A stretch of DNA of 64,000 bases from an uncultured Gemmatimonadales bacterium (GTDB lineage: Bacteria; Gemmatimonadota; Gemmatimonadetes; Gemmatimonadales; Gemmatimonadaceae), in the NCBI GenBank assembly GCA_963701965.1, contig OY969695.1, positions 3,616,001-3,680,000 of the forward strand. Reading direction: 5' to 3'. The notes beneath the pieces were generated by a model, which saw only the letters and a program-made list of their open reading frames with translations, was not told where the DNA came from and did no database searches. How positions within the stretch are numbered: position 1 is the first letter of the stretch; every line of letters begins with the position of its first letter. This document shows, piece by piece, positions 38,583-48,269 of the stretch. Both the position numbers and the translations under genes were made by a program.

Positions 38583-40239
38583 GATCGATCGAGAAAATGC
38601 GTTCGGCGTCCGCGCCGTACGCGTCGACGGCCGCCGCAATGGCGGCGTCATCCCAGCCCCGCGCCGGCGCCAGCAACTGGGCGATCCGTCGGGCGACGGA
38701 GCGTCCGGCGTCGCGCGTCTCGAACGCGATCTGCGTCCGGCGCATGAGCACGTCGGCGACCGTGCACGCCATCTCCCACTCCGCCGCGTAGACCACCTCG
38801 GCCTCCACATAGGGAAGGCCCGGCACGAGGCGCCGGCCGAGCGTGGGCTCGCGCTCGGCGATGGTCCAGACCGCGTTCCACCGGTCCCCATACGCCCTTA
38901 TGAGCCGCTCGGCGACGTCCCGGGCCCGTACGCGCGCGGCGACGGCGTCGAGCGCTCCCTCCGTCGCGCCCAGCGACCCGCCGGGTAACAGTCGCGCGGC
39001 CGTCAGGGCCGGCGTCGGCGTCCGACCCAGCGCGCGCTCGACGGCATCGACCGTCTCGGCCGCCATCGACCGGTACGTCGTCAGCTTCCCGCCGCTGATC
39101 GTGACTACCCCCGCCGAGCTGGTATCGAGCGCGTGCTCGCGCGACGCCGAGCCGGGATCGCCGGGATGCCCACCGGCCGCGATCAGCGGCCGGATGCCGG
39201 CCCACGCGCTCACGACGTCGGCCCGCGTCAACGCCGCCGCGGGGAAGCACGCATTGACCGACTCCAGCAGATACGCGACATCGGCTTCGCTGGCCCGGAC
39301 CACGTCGGGCGCCGATGTCGTCGCGGTCTCCGTCGTCCCGATGATGGTCAGCGCGCCAAACGGCAGCACGAACATGACGCGCCCGTCGACGACGGACAGG
39401 AGCGTGACGGCGCCGCGGTTGCCCACCCGCGCCGCGGGCACGGCAATGTGCACGCCTTTGGACCCCTGGACCGCCGGCGGCACGTTGGGATGATCGAGGC
39501 GGCGGATGCGGTCGCTCCACGGCCCCGCCGCATTCACGATGACGCGCGCCCGGACCGTGACCCGCCCCCGGCCGAGCGTATCGGCGATCACGGCCCCCGT
39601 AGCCCGCGGCGGCCCGCCATTCGACTCGTGCGTCAGCGCGTCGACCACCGCGTGATTCAGGACTACGGCGCCGGCGTCCGCCGCCGCCAGCGCGTTGGCT
39701 AGCGTCAGCCGCGCGTCGTCCGTCGCCGCGTCGTAGTACCGCGCGCCCCCTTCCAAGCCGTCTGAGCGGAGTGCCGGCTCACTCGCCAAAACGTCGGTGA
39801 CCGACAGCCGGCGGTGATGTCCCACGTTGCGGAACAACGCCAGTGCGTCATACAGCAAGAGTCCGGCGCCGAGCTTCCACCGTGGCACGCGCGCGCCGGT
39901 GTACACCGGCCACGTGAAGGCCAGCGGGCGCACCAGGTGCGGCGCGATCGTGAGCAGCGTCCGCCGCTCCCGGCTGGCCTCGAACACGAGATGGAGGTAG
40001 CCGTGCTCGAGATAGCGCACGCCGCCGTGGACCAACCGCGAGGACCGGCTCGACGTGCCGCTGGCAAAGTCATCGCGTTCGACGAGCGCCGTCGACAATC
40101 CGCGCAGCGCCGCATCGCGCGCGATGCCGGCTCCCGTGATGCCGCCGCCGATCACCAGCAGGTCGAAGGGCGATGCCCCCAACGCCGTGAGCGCCGCGGC
40201 TCGCGTGTTCGAAGGTGGCACGGACCCAGTCACGGCCAT
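38575..40239 (-). CDS. glpD: FAD-dependent glycerol-3-phosphate dehydrogenase
   Basis: 'IGGGITGAGIARDAALRG', 'GTSSRSSRLVHGGVRYLE', 'GGKLTTYR'; ATG 40239. Confidence 0.93.
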   Translation of the reverse strand: MAVTGSVPPSNTRAAALTALGASPFDLLVIGGGITGAGIARDAALRGLSTALVERDDFASGTSSRSSRLVHGGVRYLEHGYLHLVFEASRERRTLLTIAPHLVRPLAFTWPVYTGARVPRWKLGAGLLLYDALALFRNVGHHRRLSVTDVLASEPALRSDGLEGGARYYDAATDDARLTLANALAAADAGAVVLNHAVVDALTHESNGGPPRATGAVIADTLGRGRVTVRARVIVNAAGPWSDRIRRLDHPNVPPAVQGSKGVHIAVPAARVGNRGAVTLLSVVDGRVMFVLPFGALTIIGTTETATTSAPDVVRASEADVAYLLESVNACFPAAALTRADVVSAWAGIRPLIAAGGHPGDPGSASREHALDTSSAGVVTISGGKLTTYRSMAAETVDAVERALGRTPTPALTAARLLPGGSLGATEGALDAVAARVRARDVAERLIRAYGDRWNAVWTIAEREPTLGRRLVPGLPYVEAEVVYAAEWEMACTVADVLMRRTQIAFETRDAGRSVARRIAQLLAPARGWDDAAIAAAVDAYGADAERIFSIDQR

Positions 40240-40251
40240 AATTTCCGATAG

Positions 40252-41547
40252 ATGCCGACCTTTGGAAATGGCCGCCGGGTGGCGATCGTCGCCGGCCTGC
40301 GGACGCCGTTCGCCAAAGCGGGGACGGTTTTCAAGACCATGAGCGCGATCGAGCTCGGCCGCCTCTGCGTCACGGAGTTGGTCGAGCGGGCGAATCTCGC
40401 GGGCGAGAAGGTCGATGCCCTCATCTTCGGCACCGTCATTCCGTCGGTCCTGGCGCCCAACATCGCGCGCGAAGTCGCGTTGCTGCCGATCTTTCCAAAG
40501 GGCATCCCGGCGTTTACCGTGGGCCGCGCCTGCGCATCCGCCAACCAGGCGATCACCAATGCGGCCGACCAGATCGCGCTGGGCCAAGCCAACGTCGTCA
40601 TCGCCGGCGGCGCCGAGTCGCTATCGAATGTACCAATCCTGCATTCGCGCGGATTCAGCGACATTCTGGTGACCGCGAACCGCGCCAAGACGTTGCCCGC
40701 GAAGATTCAGGCCCTGGCCCGCACCCGACCGGCCGACCTCGTGCCGATCACGCCGGCGATCGCGGAACCATCGACGGGCGAGACGATGGGTGAGTCCGCC
40801 GAGAAGATGGCTAAGATCAACCACATCCCGCGCGACGAGCAGGACCAGTTCGCGCTGCGCTCCCACCGGCTCGCCGCGGCGGGTACGACCGACGGGCGCC
40901 TGACCGCGGAGATTGCCCCGGTCTATGTGACGCCCAAATACGACACCGTGGCCACGTCCGACAACGGGATTCGCGAGACGACGAGCTTCGAGCAGCTCGC
41001 CGTGCTCAAGCCCGTGTTCGACCGCAAGTACGGCTCGGTGACCGCGGGCAACGCGTCGCCGCTCACCGATGGCGCGGCGGCGGTGGTGCTGATGGGTGAA
41101 GACACGGCCAAAGCGCTGGGCTACGCGCCGCTCGCCTTCATCCGGTCGTATGCCTATGCAGCGCTGGATCCCGGCGAGCAGCTCTTGATGGCGCCGGTGC
41201 TCGCGGCCCCCGATGCGCTGCGGCGCGCCGGGCTCACGCTGGCCGACATGGACCTCATCGAGATGCACGAGGCGTTCGCCGCCCAGGTCCTGTCCAATCT
41301 CTGCGGGTTCGAGTCCCAGTCGTGGGCCGAGCGCGCGGGGCTGAGCCGGCCGCTGGGCGCGGTCGACCGCGCGCGCCTCAATGTCATGGGCGGATCGATC
41401 GCCATCGGCCACCCGTTCGGCGCGACCGGCGCCCGGATCGCGACGACGCTCGCCAACGAACTGCGGCGCCGCGACGGGCAGTTTGGGCTTTTGACCGTCT
41501 GTGCGGCCGGCGGGATGGGACACGCGATGGTACTCGAGCGCGCATGA
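40252..41547 (+). CDS. fadI: Acetyl-CoA C-acyltransferase (thiolase) FadI
   Basis: 'RACASANQA', 'MHEAFAAQ', 'GHPFGATG', 'CAAGG'. Confidence 0.92.
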   Translation: MPTFGNGRRVAIVAGLRTPFAKAGTVFKTMSAIELGRLCVTELVERANLAGEKVDALIFGTVIPSVLAPNIAREVALLPIFPKGIPAFTVGRACASANQAITNAADQIALGQANVVIAGGAESLSNVPILHSRGFSDILVTANRAKTLPAKIQALARTRPADLVPITPAIAEPSTGETMGESAEKMAKINHIPRDEQDQFALRSHRLAAAGTTDGRLTAEIAPVYVTPKYDTVATSDNGIRETTSFEQLAVLKPVFDRKYGSVTAGNASPLTDGAAAVVLMGEDTAKALGYAPLAFIRSYAYAALDPGEQLLMAPVLAAPDALRRAGLTLADMDLIEMHEAFAAQVLSNLCGFESQSWAERAGLSRPLGAVDRARLNVMGGSIAIGHPFGATGARIATTLANELRRRDGQFGLLTVCAAGGMGHAMVLERA

Positions 41548-43721
41548 GTCTCGGCGCCGCGCCCGACTTGACGCCGGGGCTCAGGCCGGCGTTGTCCGTC
41601 GAGGTGCGCGATACGATCGCGCTCATCACGTTCGACCTGCCGCAGTCGCCCGTCAACATCTTCTCGCGCCCCGTGCGCGAGGAGTTCGTGGCGATTCTCG
41701 AGCGGCTGGAGCGCGACGACAACCTGCGGGCCGCGATCCTGTTCAGCGGTAAACCCGACGTCTGGATCGCGGGCGCCGATATCGAGGAGCTGGTCGCGTT
41801 ATCGACGGCGACGGACGCCGAGCGGTTGAGTCGCGAGGGACAGGCGCTGCTGCGGCGTGTCGAGCTCCTCCGGACCCCGCTCATCGCCGCGATTCAAGGC
41901 GCGTGCGTGGGCGGGGGACTCGAGCTGGCGCTGGCCTGCGCCTACCGGATCGCCGCCGACACGCCGAAAACGACGCTCTCGCTGCCCGAGGTCAACCTGG
42001 GCCTCATCCCCGGCACCGGGGGCACGCAGCGGCTGCCGCGCACGGTCGGCATCCGCACGGCGCTGGACATGATCCTACGGGGTGGAAGCGTCCGGCCGCG
42101 CAAAGCGCTGCAGACGGCGCTGATCGATGAGCTCGTGCATCCGGCGATCTTGCGGGATATCGCGCTCGCCCGCGCGCGGGAATTCGCCGGGGGGCGGCCG
42201 CCCGCGCGCCGCCGGCCCAGTGGTTCCGCCGCGCAACGGCTGCTGCTGGAAGCCAATCCGGTGGGACGCGCCGTCGTCTTCCGGCAGGCCCGCCAACAGA
42301 TCCTCGCCAAGACCAAAGGCCACTACCCGGCGCCACTGGCCGCCATCGCGGCGGTCGCCGCGGGCTACACCGGCGGCGATCGCGGGTACCGCGAAGAGGC
42401 CCGGGCGTTCGGCGCCTGTGCCGCGACCGATGTGGCCAAGAACCTGATCTACATCTTCTTCGCGCAAAATGCACTCAAGAAGAGCGACGCCACCGCGCCA
42501 CTGCCGGCCCCTGTGCAGAAAATCGGGGTCCTGGGGACGGGGTTCATGGGCGCCGGGATCGCGTCGGTCGCGGCGCAGCAGGGGATCGCCGTGCGATTCA
42601 AGGACACGGAGCACGGTCGCGTGCTCAAAGGCCTGGCCTCGGTCCGCGGCGTCATTCGCGAGCGCCTGACGCGCAAGCAGATCACGCGATCGCAGTTCGA
42701 CGACATGATGTCGCTCGTCGAAGGCACGATCTCGTACACGGGATTCGCCAACGTCCAAGTCGTCATCGAGGCGGTGTTCGAGAAACTGGACGTCAAGCAG
42801 GGGGTCATCCGCGAGGTGGCGCGCGTGCTGCCGCGCGACGCGATCACGGCGACGAACACGAGCACGATTCCGATCGCCAGTATCGCCCAGGCATCGCGGG
42901 ACGCATCCCGGGTCATCGGCATGCACTTCTTCTCGCCGGTGAACAAGATGCCGTTGCTGGAAGTGATCGTGACGCCGGCGACCGATCCGGGGGTCACCGC
43001 GACGGTCCGCGCGCTCGGCGCCCGCATGGGCAAGACGGTCATCGTCGTGAACGACAGCCCGGGCTTCTACGTCAATCGCATTCTGGCGCCGTACGTGAAT
43101 GAGGCCGGACGCATGCTCGATGAGGGCGTCGCCATCGACGCCATCGACCGGGCACTGGTCGCGTTCGGATTCCCGGTCGGTCCCATCACGCTCATCGACG
43201 AAGTCGGCTTGGACGTGGCCGGCGAATCGGGCAAGACCATGAGCCAGGCGTTCGGCGCACGCTTGACGCCGTCGGCGTCACTCGAACGCGTCATCAGTGC
43301 CGGGCGGTTGGGCCGGAAAAATCGCAAGGGGTTCTATTTGTACGACGAGCAGGGCGAGAAGAAGGGGGTGGACTCGTCGGTCTACACGATCCTGCCCACG
43401 GGCGCGCAGCGCAGCACGATCCCCGAAGAGGACATCCAGCGGCGGGCCGTGCTCGCCATGGTGAACGAAGCGGTGCGGTGTCTGGAAGAGGGGGTCATCC
43501 GCTCGGCGCGCGACGGCGACATCGGCGCGGTCATGGGGATCGGGTTCCCGCCGTTCCGCGGTGGGCCGTTCCGATATCTCGACAGTCTCGGCGCCGAGCA
43601 GGTGGTGCGGCAACTCGAAGAGCTCAATGATCGCTACGCGCCCCGGTTCCAGGCAGCGGAACTGCTGATCGAGATGGCGCGCAAGAAAACTCCCTTCACC
43701 ACAACATCGTCCACTCCGTGA
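41544..43721 (+). CDS. fadJ: Fatty acid oxidation complex alpha subunit FadJ
   Basis: Crotonase 'GGGLELALAC...LPEV' plus HAD 'GTGFMGAG', 'IEAVFE', 'GMHFFSP'; ATGA overlap at 41544. Confidence 0.92.
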   Translation: MSLGAAPDLTPGLRPALSVEVRDTIALITFDLPQSPVNIFSRPVREEFVAILERLERDDNLRAAILFSGKPDVWIAGADIEELVALSTATDAERLSREGQALLRRVELLRTPLIAAIQGACVGGGLELALACAYRIAADTPKTTLSLPEVNLGLIPGTGGTQRLPRTVGIRTALDMILRGGSVRPRKALQTALIDELVHPAILRDIALARAREFAGGRPPARRRPSGSAAQRLLLEANPVGRAVVFRQARQQILAKTKGHYPAPLAAIAAVAAGYTGGDRGYREEARAFGACAATDVAKNLIYIFFAQNALKKSDATAPLPAPVQKIGVLGTGFMGAGIASVAAQQGIAVRFKDTEHGRVLKGLASVRGVIRERLTRKQITRSQFDDMMSLVEGTISYTGFANVQVVIEAVFEKLDVKQGVIREVARVLPRDAITATNTSTIPIASIAQASRDASRVIGMHFFSPVNKMPLLEVIVTPATDPGVTATVRALGARMGKTVIVVNDSPGFYVNRILAPYVNEAGRMLDEGVAIDAIDRALVAFGFPVGPITLIDEVGLDVAGESGKTMSQAFGARLTPSASLERVISAGRLGRKNRKGFYLYDEQGEKKGVDSSVYTILPTGAQRSTIPEEDIQRRAVLAMVNEAVRCLEEGVIRSARDGDIGAVMGIGFPPFRGGPFRYLDSLGAEQVVRQLEELNDRYAPRFQAAELLIEMARKKTPFTTTSSTP

Positions 43722-45277
43722 GAAAACTTTTCGGTGTCGCGACCGCCGTCGTGCTCGTGGGCTGCGGCGACCACCTGACCACGCGGGCCGAACGCTCCGC
43801 GTACGCCGAGACCTCCCACTACACCGACGTCATCGCGTTCTTGGACGCCCTGAGCGGTCACATCGATCCGTCGATCCATACCGAGCGCGGCACGCTGGGC
43901 ATGACGACGGAAGGGCGGGCCATTCCCTACCTGATATTGTCCCGCGCCGCGACATCGCCCGCCGACGCGCACGCGCACGGTGTGCCGGTGATCTACGTCC
44001 AGGCCAACATCCACGCCGGCGAGGTCGAAGGGAAGGAAGCCCTGATGGCCCTGCTGCGCGACATCACGGCGCGCACCAACCCCGGCGCCAGCGTGCTGGA
44101 CTCCGTCCTGCTCATCGCCGTCCCCATCTACAACGCCGACGGGAACGAGAAGTTCGCGCCGCAGGCCGTGAACCGTACGGAGCAGAACGGCCCGGAGATG
44201 GTCGGGCAGCGGCCCAATGCCCAGGGCCTCGACCTCAATCGGGACTACGTCAAGGCCGAGGCGCCGGAGACCCGCGCGTCGCTGGCCGCGTTCGACCGGT
44301 GGGACCCCGACGTCTTCGTCGATCTGCACACCACGGACGGCAGCTTTCACGGATACGCGCTGACGTACGCGCCGTCGCTCTCGCCCGCCGCGTTCGGCGC
44401 CGGCGCCTACACGCGCGACTCGCTGTTGCCCGAGCTGCGCCGCCGCATGCAGGCGCGGCATGGATTCGCGGTGTTCGACTATGGCAACTTCGATACCCTG
44501 CCCGTGCGGGCGTGGAAGACCTACGATCACCGGCCGCGGTTCGGTACGAACTACGTGGGGCTGCGCGGGCGCGTCGCCATCCTGAGCGAAGCGTATTCGC
44601 ACGATCCGTTCGAGCGCCGCGTCCAGAGCACCTACGCGTTCGTCCGCGAGATTCTGTCGTTGGTCGCCGAGCGCCGGACCGGGGTCACCCACCTGAGCGC
44701 CCCGCGGACGGATAGCGTGCCGATCCGCTCCCAGCTGACCCGCACGCCGTTCACCGCCCCCGTCATTGCCGAATCCCTGCGGGCCACGGGCGACACGTCA
44801 TTGACCCAGCCCGGTGTGCCGCGCGGGCGCCGGCGCGCCGGCCATTTCGATACCATTGCCATGCCGGTGTACGACCGGTTCGAGCCCACGTTGACTGTGG
44901 ACATCCCGCCGGGCTACGTCATTCCGGCGGGCGACAGCGCGGCCGTGGGCCTCCTGCGGTTGCACGGGATTACCGTGGACGGCCCCCGCAACATCTGCGG
45001 GACGGCGCGGCGGTTCGTCATCGACAGCGTGACGCACGCGCCGGAGATTTTCCAGGGCCACCACCAGGCGCGGGTGTTCGGTCGTTGGACGCCGGGCGCC
45101 GCGCCCGTCCGGGCGCCGTGTTATCTGGTCAACACGAAACAACGGCTCGGCGCGCTCGCGGTGTATCTTTTGGAGCCCGAGAGCGACGACGGTCTGGTCA
45201 CGTGGAACGTCTTCGACCGGGATGCGATGCATCAGGGTGCGGCGTATCCAGTCCAGCGAGTCGTCGAGCCGAACTGA
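43718..45277 (+). CDS. M14 family zinc carboxypeptidase lipoprotein
   Basis: Lipobox LVGC; HxxE 'HAGE', 'DLNRD', 'DLHTTDG'. Confidence 0.88.
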   Translation: MRKLFGVATAVVLVGCGDHLTTRAERSAYAETSHYTDVIAFLDALSGHIDPSIHTERGTLGMTTEGRAIPYLILSRAATSPADAHAHGVPVIYVQANIHAGEVEGKEALMALLRDITARTNPGASVLDSVLLIAVPIYNADGNEKFAPQAVNRTEQNGPEMVGQRPNAQGLDLNRDYVKAEAPETRASLAAFDRWDPDVFVDLHTTDGSFHGYALTYAPSLSPAAFGAGAYTRDSLLPELRRRMQARHGFAVFDYGNFDTLPVRAWKTYDHRPRFGTNYVGLRGRVAILSEAYSHDPFERRVQSTYAFVREILSLVAERRTGVTHLSAPRTDSVPIRSQLTRTPFTAPVIAESLRATGDTSLTQPGVPRGRRRAGHFDTIAMPVYDRFEPTLTVDIPPGYVIPAGDSAAVGLLRLHGITVDGPRNICGTARRFVIDSVTHAPEIFQGHHQARVFGRWTPGAAPVRAPCYLVNTKQRLGALAVYLLEPESDDGLVTWNVFDRDAMHQGAAYPVQRVVEPN

Positions 45278-45289
45278 TCCCCGAGGCGT

Positions 45290-46225
45290 ATGCTGCGCAG
45301 CGCGCTGCTCTATCTGTCCGATCAACCGCAAGTCTTCAAATTCGTCAGGCACAACAAGCTCGCCCGCAAGTTCGCCGAACGTTTCGTGGCGGGCGAGACG
45401 CTGGAGGAAGTGCTGGATTCGGTCGCCGCGCTCAACGCCAAGGGGATCTCCGCTTCGTTGGATCTCCTGGGCGAGAGCGTGCATGCCGAACAGGAAGCGC
45501 GGGCCGCCGGCCGGGAATACCTCCACATGCTCGACCGGATCCGCGAGCGGAAGCTCAATGCCAATGTCTCCGTGAAGCTCACGGCCATGGGGCTCGACCT
45601 CTCCGAAGAGCTGTGCGTGGAGATCATGCACGACATCCTGGGCCGGGCTCGCGACTATCGCACGTTTGTGCGCCTGGACATGGAGTCGAGCGCCTACACG
45701 GACCGCACGCTGCGATTGTTCTACGACCGCCTCTACCCGGCGTACGATGGGCACGTGGGCATCGTGCTCCAGAGCGCGCTCCGGCGCACCGAAGCGGACG
45801 TCGCCCGCGCGGTCGGGGCCAAGTGCCGGGTGCGGATCTGTAAGGGCGCCTATCGGGAAGCACCCGCGGTCGCCTTTCCCGACAAAAAGGACGTGGACGA
45901 GCACTATGTGCGGTGCATGCAGACGCTGATGCGGGACGGCAATTATCCCGGCATCGCCACCCACGATGAGCGCATCATCGCGCGGGCCAAGCAGTTCGCG
46001 GCCGCCGAGAAGATCGGCACCGACCGGTTCGAGTTTCAGATGCTGTACGGCGTGCGGCGCGACTTGCAGGAGGCCTTGGTGCGGGCGGGCTACCGCGTGC
46101 GCGTGTACGTGCCGTTCGGCACCCAGTGGTATCCGTATCTGATGCGCCGGCTCGCGGAGCGGCCGGCCAACGTCGCGTTCATCACCGGCAACGTGTTGCG
46201 GGAGATGGTGAGCGGACACCGGTGA
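45290..46225 (+). CDS. Monofunctional proline dehydrogenase
   Basis: 'RFVAGE', 'LDLLGE', 'RLDME', 'KGAYRE', 'ATHD', 'EFQMLYG', 'YLMRRLAERPAN'. Confidence 0.95.
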   Translation: MLRSALLYLSDQPQVFKFVRHNKLARKFAERFVAGETLEEVLDSVAALNAKGISASLDLLGESVHAEQEARAAGREYLHMLDRIRERKLNANVSVKLTAMGLDLSEELCVEIMHDILGRARDYRTFVRLDMESSAYTDRTLRLFYDRLYPAYDGHVGIVLQSALRRTEADVARAVGAKCRVRICKGAYREAPAVAFPDKKDVDEHYVRCMQTLMRDGNYPGIATHDERIIARAKQFAAAEKIGTDRFEFQMLYGVRRDLQEALVRAGYRVRVYVPFGTQWYPYLMRRLAERPANVAFITGNVLREMVSGHR

Positions 46226-47424
46226 GAGATGAGTCGACGTTGGGCGGCTATGTCGCCGTCCACGCGCGGCCGCCGGCGTTCACCGGGGTCGATGGGCTCG
46301 CCTACACGGTCGACGTCACCGTCGACGACACCGGGGTCACGGAGGCCCCGGTTGGGGCGTCCCTGCTCTTCATTCGTTGGAGCGGGGAGCCGCCGGTGAT
46401 CAGCGGCCATCTGGAGTCCGATTTTCTCTCGCGCGGCGCGACCGAGGCCGCGGTCCGTGCCGACATTGCCCGGCTTCCGCTGCTCGACGTGAAATCGACG
46501 CTCGACGCGCTCATCGCCGCGCCCGGGTCGCGGCGCGGCGTGGTGTTGAACGGCACGGGCGGGGTGTGGGTCGTGCGCACCAGCACCGGCGAGACGCACG
46601 AGGTGTCGCTCCGCGGCCGTCTCAAGACATTGGCCGACACCAAGCTCGCCGTGGGCGACCACGTCACGCTGGAGCGCGACGAGCGGGGCGGGGCGTGGGC
46701 CATCGCCGAGATCCTGCCGCGGCGCTCGGTGCTGGCCCGGCGATCGCCGGGCGGATACGGCGAACGCGTGGTCGCGGCCAACGTCGACCAAGTGGTCGTC
46801 GTGTTCGCCGTGGCGAACCCGGAGCCGCATTTGCGCATGGTGGACCGGTTTCTGGTCATTGCCGAGGCGAACGAGCTGGCCGCGCGCATCGTGGTCAACA
46901 AGGTGGACCTGGCCGACGAAGCGGACGTGCGGGCGCGGTTCGCGGATTATACGGCCGCGGGATACCCGGTCCATATCACGAGCACGATCACCGGGGCGGG
47001 ACTCGCCGCGCTGGCCGAGGCGCTGCGGGGCCGGACGTCGGCGCTGAGCGGCCCGTCAGGCGTCGGGAAATCGTCGCTGCTCAACGCGCTCTATCCCGGG
47101 CTCGACCTGCGGGTCGGCGCCATCTCGGCGTCGGTCAACAAGGGGCGTCATACCACTGTCGGCGCGCTCTTGCATCCGCTGCCGGACGGGGGATTCGTGG
47201 CCGACACGCCGGGATTGCGGGAGGTGGGCGTCTGGGGGCTGTCGCCGGATTCCCTCGACCAGTGTTTTCCGGAATTCGGACCGTACTTGGGTGAGTGCCG
47301 GTTTGGCGACTGCCATCACATTGTCGAGCCGGGGTGCGCAGTGCGGGCGGCGGTTGAAGCGCGCGAGATCAGTGCGGCGCGATACGACAGCTACAGCCGG
47401 CTGCGCGCCGAGCTGTCGGAGTGA
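46222..47424 (+). CDS. rsgA: Ribosome small subunit-dependent GTPase RsgA with extra ~100-aa N-terminal domain
   Basis: OB fold 'AVGDHV', NKVD, GPSGVGKSS, 'GRHTT', DTPG, Zn finger 'CRFGDCHHIVEPGC'; GTGA overlap with ProDH stop. Confidence 0.92.
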   Translation: MRDESTLGGYVAVHARPPAFTGVDGLAYTVDVTVDDTGVTEAPVGASLLFIRWSGEPPVISGHLESDFLSRGATEAAVRADIARLPLLDVKSTLDALIAAPGSRRGVVLNGTGGVWVVRTSTGETHEVSLRGRLKTLADTKLAVGDHVTLERDERGGAWAIAEILPRRSVLARRSPGGYGERVVAANVDQVVVVFAVANPEPHLRMVDRFLVIAEANELAARIVVNKVDLADEADVRARFADYTAAGYPVHITSTITGAGLAALAEALRGRTSALSGPSGVGKSSLLNALYPGLDLRVGAISASVNKGRHTTVGALLHPLPDGGFVADTPGLREVGVWGLSPDSLDQCFPEFGPYLGECRFGDCHHIVEPGCAVRAAVEAREISAARYDSYSRLRAELSE

Positions 47425-48197
47425 GGGCCGGGCCCGCGTTGGCGATGGCGCTGACGCTGGGCTGTGCCGGGATGTCGCCCTCGCCTCAGCCGGCTCCGAC
47501 CGGCTGGCGGGTCGCCTTCCAGTCGACGTTCGATCGCCTGGACACCGCGGTGTGGCAGGCGAGCACGCATACCTTCGAGGGCAGCGCGTCGCGATTCACG
47601 CCGCGCAACGTCGCCGCGCGCCGTGGCCGCCTCGTGCTCACGCTCGGCACCGACTCCCTCGGCGACCGGGCGTTCACGGGTGCCGAGATCGCCACCTGCT
47701 CGTCCGTGGGCCCGCTGCGCTATGGGCGCTACGAAGTCCGCATGCGCGCGGCCCGCGGCAGCGGCGTCGTCTCCGCGTTCTTCGCCTATCGCCCTGAGCC
47801 CTGGCAGGAGATCGACGTCGAGTTCCTGGGGCGGGCGCGGGACTCCGTACAGGTCAATGTCTACAACTCGCCGACCGGCACGCCCGTGGAGCAGCCGCCG
47901 TTTCCGCTGCGCGCGAGTCTGGGGTTCGATGCCAGCGCCGACTTCCATACCTACGCCTACGAGTGGGACCCGGCGGCGATTCGCTGGTACGTCGACGATC
48001 GCCTCATCGGCCAAACCACAGCTCCCGCGCAGGTGCCCACGCGGCCGCTGCGCATTGCGCTCAACGTGTGGCTCTCGACCACCGAAGCCTGGGCCGGCCC
48101 CATCGACCGCGCCGTGCTCCCCGCGCGCGCCGAGTACACTCTGGATTCGGCTATTGGTGCCCGAGAAAGGGGCTCGCGGTCGCCCTGCTGGGGGTAG
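47421..48197 (+). CDS. Glycoside hydrolase family 16 (beta-glucanase-like) lipoprotein
   Basis: Catalytic 'WQEIDVEFLG', 'YGRYEVRM', 'DFHTYAYEW'; atypical C-terminus. Confidence 0.88.
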   Translation: MRAGPALAMALTLGCAGMSPSPQPAPTGWRVAFQSTFDRLDTAVWQASTHTFEGSASRFTPRNVAARRGRLVLTLGTDSLGDRAFTGAEIATCSSVGPLRYGRYEVRMRAARGSGVVSAFFAYRPEPWQEIDVEFLGRARDSVQVNVYNSPTGTPVEQPPFPLRASLGFDASADFHTYAYEWDPAAIRWYVDDRLIGQTTAPAQVPTRPLRIALNVWLSTTEAWAGPIDRAVLPARAEYTLDSAIGARERGSRSPCWG

Positions 48198-48268
48198 ACA
48201 CTAGCCTGCCTGGCACCTATAATTGTCTGTTGTGGAACTATTATTGTCACAGAACAAACTATCATAGG
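48195..48268 (+). promoter_or_regulatory. sigma70 promoter overlapped by 23-bp imperfect inverted repeats
   Basis: TAGACA(48195-48200)-17 nt-TATAAT(48218-48223); arms 48216-48238 and 48246-48268 match at 17/23, 7-nt spacer. Confidence 0.75.
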
Positions 48269-48269
48269 C

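Noticed and set aside
40240..40587. Long N-terminal extensions given by the ORF track (glpD to 40587; also fadJ from 41322, bioD from 52858, pqqD from 57845, anti-sigmas from 29539 and 59772)
   Set aside because: They overlap neighbouring real genes; shorter starts with coupled stop/start junctions fit the families
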